In this document: positions 29,501 to 45,200 of the stretch, piece after piece
Numbering within the stretch: the stretch's first letter is position 1
How the letters are laid out: each line of letters begins with the position of its first letter
Assembly: GCA_964016885.1 (NCBI GenBank)
Contig: OZ024741.1
Coordinates: 6,324,001-6,388,000, forward strand
Length of the DNA stretch: 64,000 nt
Direction: 5' to 3'
Origin: Eledone cirrhosa
Taxonomy: Eukaryota
Made by a program: the position numbers and the translations under genes
Notes under the pieces: model-generated
Databases searched by the model: none
Seen by the model: only the letters and a program-made list of their open reading frames with translations
What the model was told of the DNA's origin: nothing

Positions 29501-32500
29501 AGGTATGCTGTACCTGACAGATGTAAAGGTATTCTGTACCTGACAGATGTAAAGGTATTCTGTACCTGACAGATGTAAAGGTATTCTGTACCTGACAGGT
29601 ATAAAGGTATTCTGTTCCTGACAGGTATAAAGGTATTCTGTACCTGACAGATGTAAAGGTATTCAGTACCTGACAGGTATAAAGGTATTCTGTACTTGAC
29701 AGGTATAAAGGTATTCTGTACCTGACAGGTATAAAGGTATTCTGTACCTGACAGGTATAAAGATATTCTGTTCCTGACAGGTATAAAGGTATTCTGTACC
29801 TGACAGATGTAAAGGTATTCTGTACCTGACAGGTATAAAGGTATTCTGTTCCTGACAGGTATAAAGGGATTCTGTACCTGACAGATGTAAAGGTATTCTG
29901 TACCTGACAGATGTAAAGGTATTCTGTACCTGACAGGTATAAAGGTATTCTGTACCTGACAGGTATAAAAGTATTCTGTTTCTGACAGGTATAGAGGTAT
30001 TCTGTACCTGACAGGTATAAAGGTATTCTGTACCTTACAGGTATAAAGCTATTCTGTACCTGACAGATATAAAGGTATTCTGTTCCTGACATGTATAAAG
30101 GTATTCTGTACCTGACAGATATAAAGATATTCTGTACCTGACAGGTATAAATTATTCTCTACCTGACAGGTATAAAGGTATTCTGTACCTGACAGGTATA
30201 AAGGTATTCTGTACCTGACAGGTATAAAGGTATTCTGTACCCGACAGGTATAAAGGTATTCTGTACCTGAGAGATATAAAGGTATTCTGTACCTGACAGG
30301 TATAAAGGTATTCTGTACCTGACAGGTATAAAGGTATGCTGTACCTGACAGATGTAAAGGTATTCTGTACCTGACAGATGTAAAGGTATTCTGTACCTGA
30401 CAGGTATAAAGGTATTCTGTACCCGACAGGTATAAAGGTATTCTGTACCTGAGAGATATAAAGGTATTCTGTACCTGACAGGTATAAAGGTATTCTGTAC
30501 CTGACAGGTATAAAGGTATTCTGTACCTGACAGGTATAAAGGTATTCTGTACCTGACAGATATAAAAGTATTCTGTACCTGACAGGTATAAAGGTATTCT
30601 GTACCTGACAGGTATAAAGGTATTCTGTTCCTGACAGATGTGAAGGTATTCTGTTCCTGACAGGTGTAAAGGTATTCTGTACCTGACAGGTATAAAGGTA
30701 TTCTGTTCCTGACAGATGTAAAGGTATTCTGTACCTGACAGAAATAAAGGTATTCTGTACCTGACAGGTATATAGGTATTCTGTACCGGACAGGTATAAA
30801 GGTATTCTGTTCAAGACAGGTATAAAAGTATTATGTTCCTGACAGGTATAAAGGTATTTTGTTTCTGACAGGTATAAAGATATTCTGTTCCTGACAGGTA
30901 TAAAGGTATTCTCTACCTGACAGGTATAAAGGCATTCTGTACCTGACAGGTATAAAGTTATTCTGTTCCTGACAGATGTAAAGGTATTCTGTTCCTGACA
31001 GATGTAAAGGTATTCTGTACCTGACAGGTATAAGGGTATTCTGTACCTGACAGATGTATAGGCATTCTGTACCTGACAGATGTAAAGGTATTCTGTACCT
31101 GACAGATGTAAAGGTATTCTGTACCTGACAGATGTAAAGATATTCTGTTCCTGACAGGTATAAAGGTATTCTGTACCTGACAGGTATAAAGGTATTCTGT
31201 TCGTGACAGATGTAAAGGTATTCTGTTCCTGACAGATGTAAAGGCATTCTGTACCTGACAGGTATAAAGGTATTCTGTACCTGACAGGTATAAAGGTATT
31301 CTGTTCCTGACAGATGTAAAGGTATTCTGTACCTGACAGATGTAAAGGTATTCTGTACCTGACAGGTATAAAGGTATTCTGTACCTGACAGGTATAAAGG
31401 TATTCTGTTCCTGACAGATGTAAAGGTATTCTGTACCTGACAGATGTAAAGGTATTCTGTTCCTGACAGGTATAAATGTATTCTGTACCTGACAGGTATA
31501 AAGGTATTCTGTTCCTGACAGATGTAAAGGTATTCTGTTCCTGACAGATGTAAAGGTATTCTGTTCCTGACAGGTATAAAGGTATTTTGTTTCTGACAGG
31601 TATAAAGATATTCTGTTACTGACAGGTATAAAGGTATTTTGTACCTGACAGGTATAAAAGCATTCTGTACCTGACAGGTATAAAGTTATTCTGTTCCTGA
31701 CAGATGTAAAGGTATTCTGTTCCTGACAGATGTAAAGGTATTCTGTACCTGACAGGTATAAGGGTATTCTGTACCTGACAGATGTATAGGCATTCTGTAC
31801 CTGACAGATGTAAAGGTATTCTGTACCTGACAGGTATAAAGGTATTCTGTACCTGACAGATGTAAAGGTATTCTGTTCCTGACAGATATAAAGGTATTCT
31901 GTACCTGACAGATATAAAGGTATTCTGTACCTGACAGATGTAAAGGTATTCTGTACCTGACAGATGTAAAGGTATTCTGTACCTGACAGGTATAAAGATT
32001 TTCTGTACCTGACAGGTATAAAGGTATTCTCTTCCTGACAGATGTAAAGGTATTCTGTACCTGACAGATGTAAAGATATTCTGTTCCTGACAGGTATAAA
32101 GGTATTCTGTACCTGACAGATGTAAAGATATTCTGTACCTGACAGGTATAAAGGTATTCTGTACCTGACAGGTATAAAGGTATTCTGTACCTGACAGGTA
32201 TAAAGGTATTCTATACTTGACAGATGTAAAGGTATTCTGTTCCTGACAGAGGTAAAGGTATTCTGTACCTGACAGATGTAAAGATATTCTGTTCTTGACA
32301 GGTATAAAGGTATTCTGTACGTGACAGGTATAAAGGTATTCTGTTCCTGACAGATGTAAAGGTATTCTGTACCTGACAGGTATAAAGGTATTCTGTACCT
32401 GACAGGTATAAAAGTATTCTGTTTCTGACAGGTATAGAGGTATTCTGTAACTGACAGGTATAAAGGTATTCTGTACCTTACAGGTATAAAGCTATTCTGT

Positions 32501-32899
32501 ACCTGACAGATATAAAGGTATTCTGTTCCTGACATGTATAAAGGTATTCTGTACCTGACAGATATAAAGATATTCTGTACCTGACAGGTATAAATTATTC
32601 TGTACCTGACAGGTATAAAGGTATTCTGTACCTGACAGGTATAAAGGTATTCTGTACCTGACAGGTATAAAGGTATTCTGTACCCGACAGGTATAAAGGT
32701 ATTCTGTACCTGAGAGATATAAAGGTATTCTGTACCTGACAGGTATAAAGGTATTCTGTACCTGACAGGTATAAAGGTATGCTGTACCTGACAGATGTAA
32801 AGGTATTCTGTACCTGACAGATGTAAAGGTATTCTGTACCTGACAGATGTAAAGGTATTCTGTACCTGACAGGTATAAAGGTATTCTGTACCTGACAGG

Positions 32900-35800
32900 T
32901 ATAAAGGTATTCTGTACCTGACAGATATAAAAGTATTCTGTACCTGACAGGTATAAAGGTATTCTGTACCTGACAGGTATAAAGGTATTCTGTTCCTGAC
33001 AGATGTAAAGGTATTCTGTTCCTGACAGGTATAAAGGTATTCTGTACCTGACAGGTATAAAGGTATTCTGTTCCTGACAGATGTAAAGGTATTCTGTTCC
33101 TGACAGATGTAAAGGTATTCTGTACCTGACAGGTATAAAGGTATTCTGTACCTGACAGGTATAAAGGTATTCTGTTCCTGACAGATGTAAAGGTATTCTG
33201 TACCTGACAGATGTAAAGGTATTCTGTACCTGACAGGTATATAGGTATTCTGTACCGGACAGGTATAAAGGTATTCTGTTCAAGACAGGTATAAAAGTAT
33301 TATGTTCCTGACAGGTATAAAGGTATTTTGTTTCTGACAGGTATAAAGATATTCTGTTCCTGACAGGTATAAAGGTATTCTGTACCTGACAGGTATAAAG
33401 GCATTCTGTACCTGACAGGTATAAAGTTATTCTGTTCCTGACAGATGTAAAGGTATTCTGTTCCTGACAGATGTAAAGGTATTCTGTACCTGACAGGTAT
33501 AAGGGTATTCTGTACCTGACAGATGTATAGGCATTCTGTACCTGACAGATGTAAAGGTATTCTGTACCTGACAGATGTAAAGGTATTCTGTACCTGACAG
33601 ATGTAAAGATATTCTGTTCCTGACAGGTATAAAGGTATTCTGTACCTGACAGGTATAAAGGTATTCTGTTCGTGACAGATGTAAAGGTATTCTGTTCCTG
33701 ACAGATGTAAAGGTATTCTGTACCTGACAGGTATAAAGGTATTCTGTACCTGACAGGTATAAAGGTATTCTGTTCCTGACAGATGTAAAGGTATTCTGTA
33801 CCTGACAGATGTAAAGGTATTCTGTACCTGACAGGTATAAAGGTATTCTGTACCTGACAGGTATAAAGGTATTCTGTACCTGACAGATATAAAGGTATTC
33901 TGTTCCTCATATGTATAAAGGTATTCTGTACCCGACAGATATAAAGGTATTCTGTACCTGACATGTATAAAGGTATTCCGTACCTGACAGGTATAAAGGT
34001 ATTCTGTACCTGACAGATATAAAAGTATTCTGTACCTGACAGGTATAAAGATATTCTGTACCTGACAGGTATAAAGGTATTCTGTTCCTGACAGATGTAA
34101 AGGTATTCTGTACCTGACAGGTATTAAGGTATTCTGTACCTGACAGGTATAAAGGTATTCTGTTCCTGACAGATGTAAAGGTATTCTGTTCCAGACAGAT
34201 ATAAAGGTATTCTGTTCCTGACATGTATAAAGGTATTCTGTACCTGACAGATATAAAGGTATTCTGTACCTGACAAGTATAAAGGTATTCTGTACCTGAC
34301 AGATATAAAGGTATGCCGTACCTGAGAGATATAGAGGTATTCTGTACCTGACAGGTATAAAGGTATTCTGTACCTGACAGGTATAAAGGTATTCTGTACC
34401 CGACAGGTATAAAGGTACTCTGTACCTGAGAGATATAAAGGTATTCTGTATCTGACAGGTATAAAGGTATTCTTTACCAGACAGGTATAACGGTATGCTG
34501 TACCTGACAGATGTAAAGGTATTCTGTACCTGACAGATGTAAAGGTATTCTGTACCTGACAGGTATAAAGGTATTCTGTACCTGATAGGTATAAAGGTAT
34601 TCTGTACCTGACAGATATAAAGGTATTCTGTACCTGACAGGTATAAAGGTATGCTGTACCTGACAGATGTAAAGGTATTCTGTTCCTGACAGATGTAAAG
34701 GTATTCTGTACCTGACAGATGTAAAGGTATTCTGTACCTGACAGGTATAAAGGTATTCTGTACCTGACAGGTATAAAGGTATTCTGTACCTGACAGATGT
34801 AAAGGTATTCTGTACCTGACAGGTATTAAGGTATTCTGTACCTGACAGGTATAAAGGTATTCTGTACCTGACAGATGTAAAGGCATTCTGTACCTGACAG
34901 ATGTAAAGGTATTCTGTACCTGACAGATGTAAAGGTATTCTGTACCTGACAGGTATAAAGGTATTCTGTACCTGACAGATGTAAAGGTATTCTGTACCTG
35001 ACAGATGTAAAGGTATTCTGTACCTGACAGGTATAAAGGTATTCTGTACCTGACAGGTATAAAGGTATTCTGTACCTGATAGATATAAAGGTATTCTGTA
35101 CCTGACAGATGTAAAGGTATTCCGTTCCTGACAGATATAAAGGTATTCTGTACCTGACAGATATAAAGGTATTCTGTACCTGACAGATGTAAAGTTATTC
35201 TGTACCTGACAGATGTAAAGGTATTCTGTACCTGACAGGTATAAAGGTATTCTGTTCCTGACAGATGTAAAGGTATTCTGTACCTGACAGATGTAAAGAT
35301 ATTCTGTTCCTGACAGGTATAAAGGTATTCTGTACCTGACAGGTATAAAGGTATTCTGTTCCTGACAGATGTAAAGGTATTCTGTACCTGACAGGTATAA
35401 AGGTATTCTGTACCTGACAGGTATAAAGGTATTCTGTTTCTGACAGGTATAGAGGTATTCTGTACCTGACAAGTATAAAGGTATTCTGTACCTTACAGGT
35501 ATAAAGCTATTCTGTACCTGACAGTTATGAAGGTATTCTGTTCCTGACATGTATAAAGGTATTCTGTACCTGACAGATATAAAGGTATTCTGTACCTGAC
35601 AGGTATAAATTATTCTGTACCTGACAGGTATAAAGGTATTCTGTACCTGACAGGTATAAAGGTATTGTGTACCTGACAGGTATAAAGGTATTCTGTACCC
35701 GACAGGTATAAAGCTATTCTGTACCTGAGAAATATAAAGGTATTCCGGACCTGACAGGTATAAAGGTATTCTGTACCTGACAGGTATAAAGGTATGCTGT

Positions 35801-38800
35801 ACCTGACAGATGTAAAGGTATTCTGTACCTGACAGATGTAAAGGTATTCTGTACCTGACAGATGTAAAGGTATTCTGTACCTGACAGGTATAAAGGTATT
35901 CTGTACCTGACAGGTATAAAGGTATTCTGTACCTGACAGATATAAAAGTATTCTGTACCTGACAGGTATAAAGGTATTCTGTACCTGACAGGTATAAAGG
36001 TATTCTGTACCTGACAGGTATAAAGGTATTCTGTTCCTGACAGATGTAAAGGTATTCTGTTCCTGACAGGTATAAAGGTATTCTGTACCTGACAGGTATA
36101 AAGGTATTCTGTTCCTGACAGATGTAAAGGTATTCTGTTCCTGACAGATGTAAAGGTATTCTGTACCTGACAGGTATAAAGGTATTCTGTACCTGACAGG
36201 TATAAAGGTATTCTGTTCCTGACAGATGTAAAGGTATTCTGTACCTGACAGATGTAAAGGTATTCTGTACCTGACAGGTATATAGGTATTCTGTACCGGA
36301 CAGGTATAAAGGTATTCTGTTCAAGACAGGTATAAAAGTATTATGTTCCTGACAGGTATAAAGGTATTTTGTTTCTGACAGGTATAAAGATATTCTGTTC
36401 CTGACAGGTATAAAGGTATTCTGTACCTGACAGGTATAAAGGCATTCTGTACCTGACAGGTATAAAGTTATTCTGTTCCTGACAGATGTAAAGGTATTCT
36501 GTTCCTGACAGATGTAAAGGTATTCTGTACCTGACAGGTATAAGGGTATTCTGTACCTGACAGATGTATAGGCATTCTGTACCTGACAGATGTAAAGGTA
36601 TTCTGTACCTGACAGATGTAAAGGTATTCTGTACCTGACAGATGTAAAGATATTCTGTTCCTGACAGGTATAAAGGTATTCTGTACCTGACAGGTATAAA
36701 GGTATTCTGTTCGTGACAGATGTAAAGGTATTCTGTTCCTGACAGATGTAAAGGTATTCTGTACCTGACAGGTATAAAGGTATTCTGTACCTGACAGGTA
36801 TAAAGGTATTCTGTTCCTGACAGATGTAAAGGTATTCTGTACCTGACAGATGTAAAGGTATTCTGTACCTGACAGGTATAAAGGTATTCTGTACCTGACA
36901 GGTATAAAGGTATTCTGTACCTGACAGATATAAAGGTATTCTGTTCCTCATATGTATAAAGGTATTCTGTACCCGACAGATATAAAGGTATTCTGTACCT
37001 GACATGTATAAAGGTATTCCGTACCTGACAGGTATAAAGGTATTCTGTACCTGACAGATATAAAAGTATTCTGTACCTGACAGGTATAAAGATATTCTGT
37101 ACCTGACAGGTATAAAGGTATTCTGTTCCTGACAGATGTAAAGGTATTCTGTACCTGACAGGTATTAAGGTATTCTGTACCTGACAGGTATAAAGGTATT
37201 CTGTTCCTGACAGATGTAAAGGTATTCTGTTCCAGACAGATATAAAGGTATTCTGTTCCTGACATGTATAAAGGTATTCTGTACCTGACAGATATAAAGG
37301 TATTCTGTACCTGACAAGTATAAAGGTATTCTGTACCTGACAGATATAAAGGTATGCCGTACCTGAGAGATATAGAGGTATTCTGTACCTGACAGGTATA
37401 AAGGTATTCTGTACCTGACAGGTATAAAGGTATTCTGTACCCGACAGGTATAAAGGTACTCTGTACCTGAGAGATATAAAGGTATTCTGTATCTGACAGG
37501 TATAAAGGTATTCTTTACCAGACAGGTATAACGGTATGCTGTACCTGACAGATGTAAAGGTATTCTGTACCTGACAGATGTAAAGGTATTCTGTACCTGA
37601 CAGGTATAAAGGTATTCTGTACCTGATAGGTATAAAGGTATTCTGTACCTGACAGATATAAAGGTATTCTGTACCTGACAGGTATAAAGGTATGCTGTAC
37701 CTGACAGATGTAAAGGTATTCTGTTCCTGACAGATGTAAAGGTATTCTGTACCTGACAGATGTAAAGGTATTCTGTACCTGACAGGTATAAAGGTATTCT
37801 GTACCTGACAGGTATAAAGGTATTCTGTACCTGACAGATGTAAAGGTATTCTGTACCTGACAGGTATTAAGGTATTCTGTACCTGACAGGTATAAAGGTA
37901 TTCTGTACCTGACAGATGTAAAGGCATTCTGTACCTGACAGATGTAAAGGTATTCTGTACCTGACAGATGTAAAGGTATTCTGTACCTGACAGGTATAAA
38001 GGTATTCTGTACCTGACAGATGTAAAGGTATTCTGTACCTGACAGATGTAAAGGTATTCTGTACCTGACAGGTATAAAGGTATTCTGTCACTGACAGATG
38101 TAAAGGTATTCTGTACCTGACAGGTATAAAGGTATTCTGTACCTGACAGGTATAAAGGTATTCTGTACCTGATAGATATAAAGGTATTCTGTACCTGACA
38201 GATGTAAAGGTATTCCGTTCCTGACAGATATAAAGGTATTCTGTACCTGACAGATATAAAGGTATTCTGTACCTGACAGATGTAAAGTTATTCTGTACCT
38301 GACAGATGTAAAGGTATTCTGTACCTGACAGGTATAAAGGTATTCTGTTCCTGACAGATGTAAAGGTATTCTGTACCTGACAGATGTAAAGATATTCTGT
38401 TCCTGACAGGTATAAAGGTATTCTGTACCTGACAGGTATAAAGGTATTCTGTTCCTGACAGATGTAAAGGTATTCTGTACCTGACAGGTATAAAGGTATT
38501 CTGTACCTGACAGGTATAAAGGTATTCTGTTTCTGACAGGTATAGAGGTATTCTGTACCTGACAAGTATAAAGGTATTCTGTACCTTACAGGTATAAAGC
38601 TATTCTGTACCTGACAGTTATGAAGGTATTCTGTTCCTGACATGTATAAAGGTATTCTGTACCTGACAGATATAAAGGTATTCTGTACCTGACAGGTATA
38701 AATTATTCTGTACCTGACAGGTATAAAGGTATTCTGTACCTGACAGGTATAAAGGTATTGTGTACCTGACAGGTATAAAGGTATTCTGTACCCGACAGGT

Positions 38801-39100
38801 ATAAAGCTATTCTGTACCTGAGAAATATAAAGGTATTCCGGACCTGACAGGTATAAAGGTATTCTGTACCTGACAGGTATAAAGGTATGCTGTACCTGAC
38901 AGATGTAAAGGTATTCTGTACCTGACAGATGTAAAGGTATTCTGTACCTGACAGATGTAAAGGTATTCTGTACCTGACAGGTATAAAGGTATTCTGTACC
39001 TGACAGGTATAAAGGTATTCTGTACCTGACAGATATAAAAGTATTCTGTACCTGACAGGTATAAAGGTATTCTGTACCTGACAGGTATAAAGGTATTCTG
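32900..39100. repeat. Tandem duplication with 3041-bp period (117 monomers - 1 bp)
   Basis: Identical translations at 33300..34886 and 36341..37927, and at 33907..34224 and 36948..37265, both with offset 3041. Private variants tttaccagacaggtataacgg and ggtatgccgtacctgagagatatagagg are duplicated. Confidence 0.92.
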
Positions 39101-42100
39101 TTCCTGACAGATGTAAAGGTATTCTGTACCTGACAGATGTAAAGGTATTCTGTTCCTGACAGGTATAAATGTATTCTGTACCTGACAGGTATAAAGGTAT
39201 TCTGTTCCTGACAGATGTAAAGGTATTCTGTTCCTGACAGATGTAAAGGTATTCTGTACCTGACAGGTATAAAGGTATTCTGTACCTGACAGGTATAAAG
39301 GTATTCTGTTCCTGACAGATGTAAAGGTATTCTGTACCTGACAGATGTAAAGGTATTCTATACCTGACAGGTATATAGGTCTTCTGTACCGGACAGGTAT
39401 AAAGGTATTCTGTTCAAGACAGTTATAAAAGTATTATGTTCCTGACAGGTATAAAGGTATTTTGTTTCTGACAGGTATAAAGATATTCTGTTCCTGAAAG
39501 GTATAAAGGTATTCTGTACCTGACAGGTATAAAAGCATTCTGTACCTGACAGGTATAAAGTTATTCTGTTCCTGACAGATGTAAAGGTATTCTGTTCCTG
39601 ACAGATGTAAAGGTATTCTGTACCTGACAGGTATAAGGGTATTCTGTACCTGACAGATGTATAGGCATTCTGTACCTGACAGATGTAAAGGTATTCTGTA
39701 CCTGACAGATGTAAAGGTATTCTGTACCTGACAGGTATAAAGATATTCTGTACCTGACAGATGTAAAGGTATTCTGTTCCTGACAGATATAAAGGTATTC
39801 TGTACCTGACAGATATAAAGGTATTCTGTACATGACAGATGTAAAGGTATTCTGTACCTGACAGATGTAAAGGTATTCTGTACCTGACAGGTATAAAGAT
39901 TTTCTGTACCTGACAGTTATAAAGGTATTCTGTACCTGACAGATGTAAAGGTATTCTGTACCTGACAGATGTAAAGATATTCTGTTCCTGGCAGGTATAA
40001 AGGTATTCTGTACCTGACAGATGTAAAGGTATTCTGTACCTGACAAGTATAAAGGTATTCTGTTCCTGACAGATGTAAAGGTTTTCTGTACCTGACAGGT
40101 ATAAAGGTATTCTGTACCTGACATGTATAAAGGTATTCTGTACCTGATAGATATAAAGGTATTCTGTACCTGACAGATGTAAAGGTATTCCGTTCCTGAC
40201 AGATATAAAGGTATTCTGTACCTGACAGATATAAAGGTATTCTGTACCTGACAGATGTAAAGTTATTCTGTACCTGACAGATGTAAAGGTATTCTGTACC
40301 TGACAGGTATAAAGGTATTCTGTTCCTGACAGATGTAAAGGTATTCTGTACCTGACAGATGTAAAGATATTCTGTTCCTGACAGGTATAAAGGTATTCTG
40401 TACCTGACAGGTATAAAGGTATACTGTTCCTGACAGATGTAAAGGTATTCTGTACCTGACAGGTATAAAGGTATTCTGTACCTGACAGGTATAAAGGTAT
40501 TCTGTTTCTGACAGGTATAGAGGTATTCTGTACCTGACAAGTATAAAGGTATTCTGTACCTTACAGGTATAAAGCTATTCTGTACCTGACAGTTATGAAG
40601 GTATTCTGTTCCTGACATGTATAAAGGTATTCTGTACCTGACAGATATAAAGGTATTCTGTACCTGACAGGTATAAATTATTCTGTACCTGACAGGTATA
40701 AAGGTATTCTGTACCTGACAGGTATAAAGGTATTCTGTACCTGACAGGTATAAAGGTATTCTGTACCCGACAGGTATAAAGCTAGTCTGTACCTGAGAAA
40801 TATAAAGGTATTCTGGACCTGACAGGTATAAAGGTATTCTGTACCTGACAGGTATAAAGGTATGCTGTACCTGACAGATGTAAAGGTATTCTGTACCTGA
40901 CAGATGTAAAGGTATTCTGTACCTGACAGATGTAAAGGTATTCTGTACCTGACAGGTATAAAGGTATTCTGTTCCTGACAGGTATAAAGGTATTCTGTAC
41001 CTGACAGATGTAAAGGTATTCAGTACCTGACAGGTATAAAGGTATTCTGTACTTGACAGGTATAAAGGTATTCTGTACCTGACACGTATAAAGGTATTCT
41101 GTACCTGACAGGTATAAAGGTATTCTGTTCCTGACAGGTATAAAGGTATTCTGTACCTGACAGATGTAAAGGTATTCTGTTCCTGACAGGTATAAATGTA
41201 TGCTGTACCTGACAGATGTAAAGGTATTCTGTACCTGACAGATGTAAAGGTATTCTGTACCTGACAGATATAAAGGTATTGTGTACCTGTCAGGTATAAA
41301 GGTATTCTGTACCTGATAGGTATAAAGGTATTCTGTTCCTGACAGATGTAAAGGTATTCTATACCTGACAGGTATAAACGTATTCTGTACCTGACAGGTA
41401 TAAACGTATTCTGTACCTGACAGATAAAAAAGTATTCTGTACCTGTCAGGTATAAAGGTATTCTGTACTTGACAGGTATAAAGGTATTCTGTACCTGACA
41501 GGTATAAAGGTATTCTGTACCTGATAGATATAAAGATATTCTGTACCTGACAGATATAAAGGTATTCTGTACCTGACAGGTATAAAGGTATTCTGTACCT
41601 GACAGGGTTAAAGGTATTCTGCTCCTGACAGATGTAAAGGTATTCTGTACCTGACAGATGTAAAGGTATTCTGTTCCTGACAGGCATAAAGGTATTCTGT
41701 ACCTGACAGGTATAAAGGTATTCTGTTCCTGACATGTATAAAGGTATTCTGTACCTGACAGATATAAAGGTATTCTGTACCTGACAGGTATAAATTATTC
41801 TGTACCTGACACGTATAAAGGTATTCTGTACCTGACAGGTATAAAGGTATTCTGTACCTGACAGGTATGAAGGTATTCTGTTCCTGACAGGTATAAAGGT
41901 ATTCTGTACCTGACAGGTATAAAGGTATTCTGTACCTGGCAGATATAAAGGTATTCTGTACCTGACAGGTATAAAGGTATTCTGTACCTGACAGATGTAA
42001 AGGTATTCTGTACCTGACAGATGTAAAGGTATTCTGTACCTGACAGGTATAAAGGTATTCTCTACCTGACAGATGTAAAGGTATTCTGTACCTGACAGAT

Positions 42101-42209
42101 GTAAAGGTATTCTGTACCTGACAGGTATAAAGGTATTCTGTTCCTGACAGGTATAAAGGGATTCTGTACCTGACAGATGTAAAGGTATTCTGTACCTGAC
42201 AGGTATAAA

Positions 42210-45200
42210 GGTATTCTCTACCTGACAGATGTAAAGGTATTCTGTACCTGACAGATGTAAAGGTATTCTGTACCTGACAGGTATAAAGGTATTCTGTTCC
42301 TGACAGGTATAAAGGGATTCTGTACCTGACAGATGTAAAGGTATTCTGTACCTGACAGGTATAAAGGTATTCTGTACCTGACAGGTATAAAAGTATTCTG
42401 TTTCTGACAGGTATAGAGGTATTCTGTAACTGACAGGTATAAAGGTATTCTGTACCTTACAGGTATAAAGCTATTCTGTACCTGACAGATATAAAGGTAT
42501 TCTGTTCCTGACATGTATAAAGGTATTCTGTACCTGACAGATATAAAGATATTCTGTACCTGACAGGTATAAATTATTCTGTACCTGACAGGTATAAAGG
42601 TATTCTGTACCTGACAGGTATAAAGGTATTCTGTACCTGACAGGTATAAAGGTATTCTGTACCCGACAGGTATAAAGGTATTCTGTACCTGAGAGATATA
42701 AAGGTATTCTGTACCTGACAGGTATAAAGGTATTCTGTACCTGACAGGTATAAAGGTATGCTGTACCTGACAGATGTAAAGGTATTCTGTACCTGACAGA
42801 TGTAAAGGTATTCTGTACCTGACAGATGTAAAGGTATTCTGTACCTGACAGGTATAAAGGTATTCTGTACCTGACAGGTATAAAGGTATTCTGTACCTGA
42901 CAGATATAAAAGTATTCTGTACCTGACAGGTATAAAGGTATTCTGTACCTGACAGGTATAAAGGTATTCTGTTCCTGACAGATGTAAAGGTATTTTGTTC
43001 CTGACAGGTATAAAGGTATTCTGTACCTGACAGGTATAAAGGTATTCTGTTCCTGACAGATGTAAAGGTATTCTGTTCCTGACAGATGTAAAGGTATTCT
43101 GTACCTGACAGGTATAAAGGTATTCTGTACCTGACAGGTATAAAGGTATTCTGTTCCTGACAGATGTAAAGGTATTCTGTACCTGACAGATGTAAAGGTA
43201 TTCTGTACCTGACAGGTACATAGGTATTCTGTACCGGACAGGTATAAAGGTATTCTGTTCAAGACAGGTATAAAAGTATTATGTTCCTGACAGGTATAAA
43301 GGTATTTTGTTTCTGACAGGTATAAAGATATTCTGTTCCTGACAGGTATAAAGGTATTCTGTACCTGACAGGTATAAAGGCATTCTGTACCTGACAGGTA
43401 TAAAGTTATTCTGTTCCTGACAGATGTAAAGGTATTCTGTTCCTGACAGATGTAAAGGTATTCTGTACCTGACAGGTATAAGGGTATTCTGTACCTGACA
43501 GATGTATAGGCATTCTGTACCTGACAGATGTAAAGGTATTCTGTACCTGACAGATGTAAAGGTATTCTGTACCTGACAGATATAAAAGTGTTCTGTACCT
43601 GACAGGTATAAAGATATTCTGTACCTGACAGGTATAAAGGTATTCTGTTCCTGACAGATGTAAAGGTATTCTGTACCTGACAGGTATTAAGGTATTCTGT
43701 ACCTGACAGGTATAAAGGTATTCTGTTCCTGACAGATGTAAAGGTATTCTGTTCCTGACAGATATAAAGGTATTTTGTTCCTGACATGTATAAAGGTATT
43801 CTGTACCTGACAGATATAAAGGTATTCTGTACCTGACAAGTATAAAGGTATTCTGTACCTGACAGGTATAAAGGTATGCCGTACCTGAGAGATATAGAGG
43901 TATTCTGTACCTGACAGGTATAAAGGTATTCTCTACCTGACAGGTATAAAGGTATTCTGTACCTGACAGGTATAAAGGTACTCTGTACCTGAGAGATATA
44001 AAGGTATTCTGTACCTGACAGGTATAAAGGTATTCTTTACTTGACAGGTATAAAGGTATGCTGTACCTGACAGATGTAAAGGTATTCTGTACCTGACAGA
44101 TGTAAAGGTATTCTGTACCTGACAGGTATAAAGGTATTCTCTACCTGACAGGTATAAAGGTATTCTGTACCTGACAGATATAAAGGTATTCTGTACCTGA
44201 CAGGTATAAAGGTATGCTGTACCTGACAGATGTAAAGGTATTCTGTTCCTGACAGATGTAAAGGTATTCTGTACCTGACAGATGTAAAGGTATTCTGTAC
44301 CTGACAGGTATAAAGGTATTCTGTACCTGACAGGTATAAAGGTATTCTGTACCTGACAGATGTAAAGGTATTCTGTACCTGACAGGTATTAAGGTATTCT
44401 GTACCTGACAGGTATAAAGGTATTCTGTACCTGACAGATGTAAAGGCATTCTGTACCTGACAGATGTAAAGGTATTCTGTACCTGACAGATGTAAAGGTA
44501 TTCTGTACCTGACAGGTATAAAGGTATTCTGTACCTGACAGATGTAAAGGTATTCTGTACCTGACAGATGTAAAGGTATTCTGTACCTGACAGGTATAAA
44601 GGTATTCTGTTCCTGACAGATGTAAAGGTATTCTGTACCTGACAGGTATAAAGGTATTCTGTACCTGACAGGTATAAAGGTATTCTGTACCTGACAGATG
44701 TAAAGGTATTCCGTTCCTGACAGATATAAAGGTATTCTCTACCTGACAGATGTAAAGGTATTCTGTACCTGACAGATGTAAAGGTATTCTGTACCTGACA
44801 GGTATAAAGGTATTCTGTTCCTGACAGGTATAAAGGGATTCTGTACCTGACAGATGTAAAGGTATTCTGTACCTGACAGGTATAAAGGTATTCTGTACCT
44901 GACAGGTATAAAAGTATTCTGTTTCTGACAGGTATAGAGGTATTCTGTAACTGACAGGTATAAAGGTATTCTGTACCTTACAGGTATAAAGCTATTCTGT
45001 ACCTGACAGATATAAAGGTATTCTGTTCCTGACATGTATAAAGGTATTCTGTACCTGACAGATATAAAGATATTCTGTACCTGACAGGTATAAATTATTC
45101 TGTACCTGACAGGTATAAAGGTATTCTGTACCTGACAGGTATAAAGGTATTCTGTACCTGACAGGTATAAAGGTATTCTGTACCCGACAGGTATAAAGGT

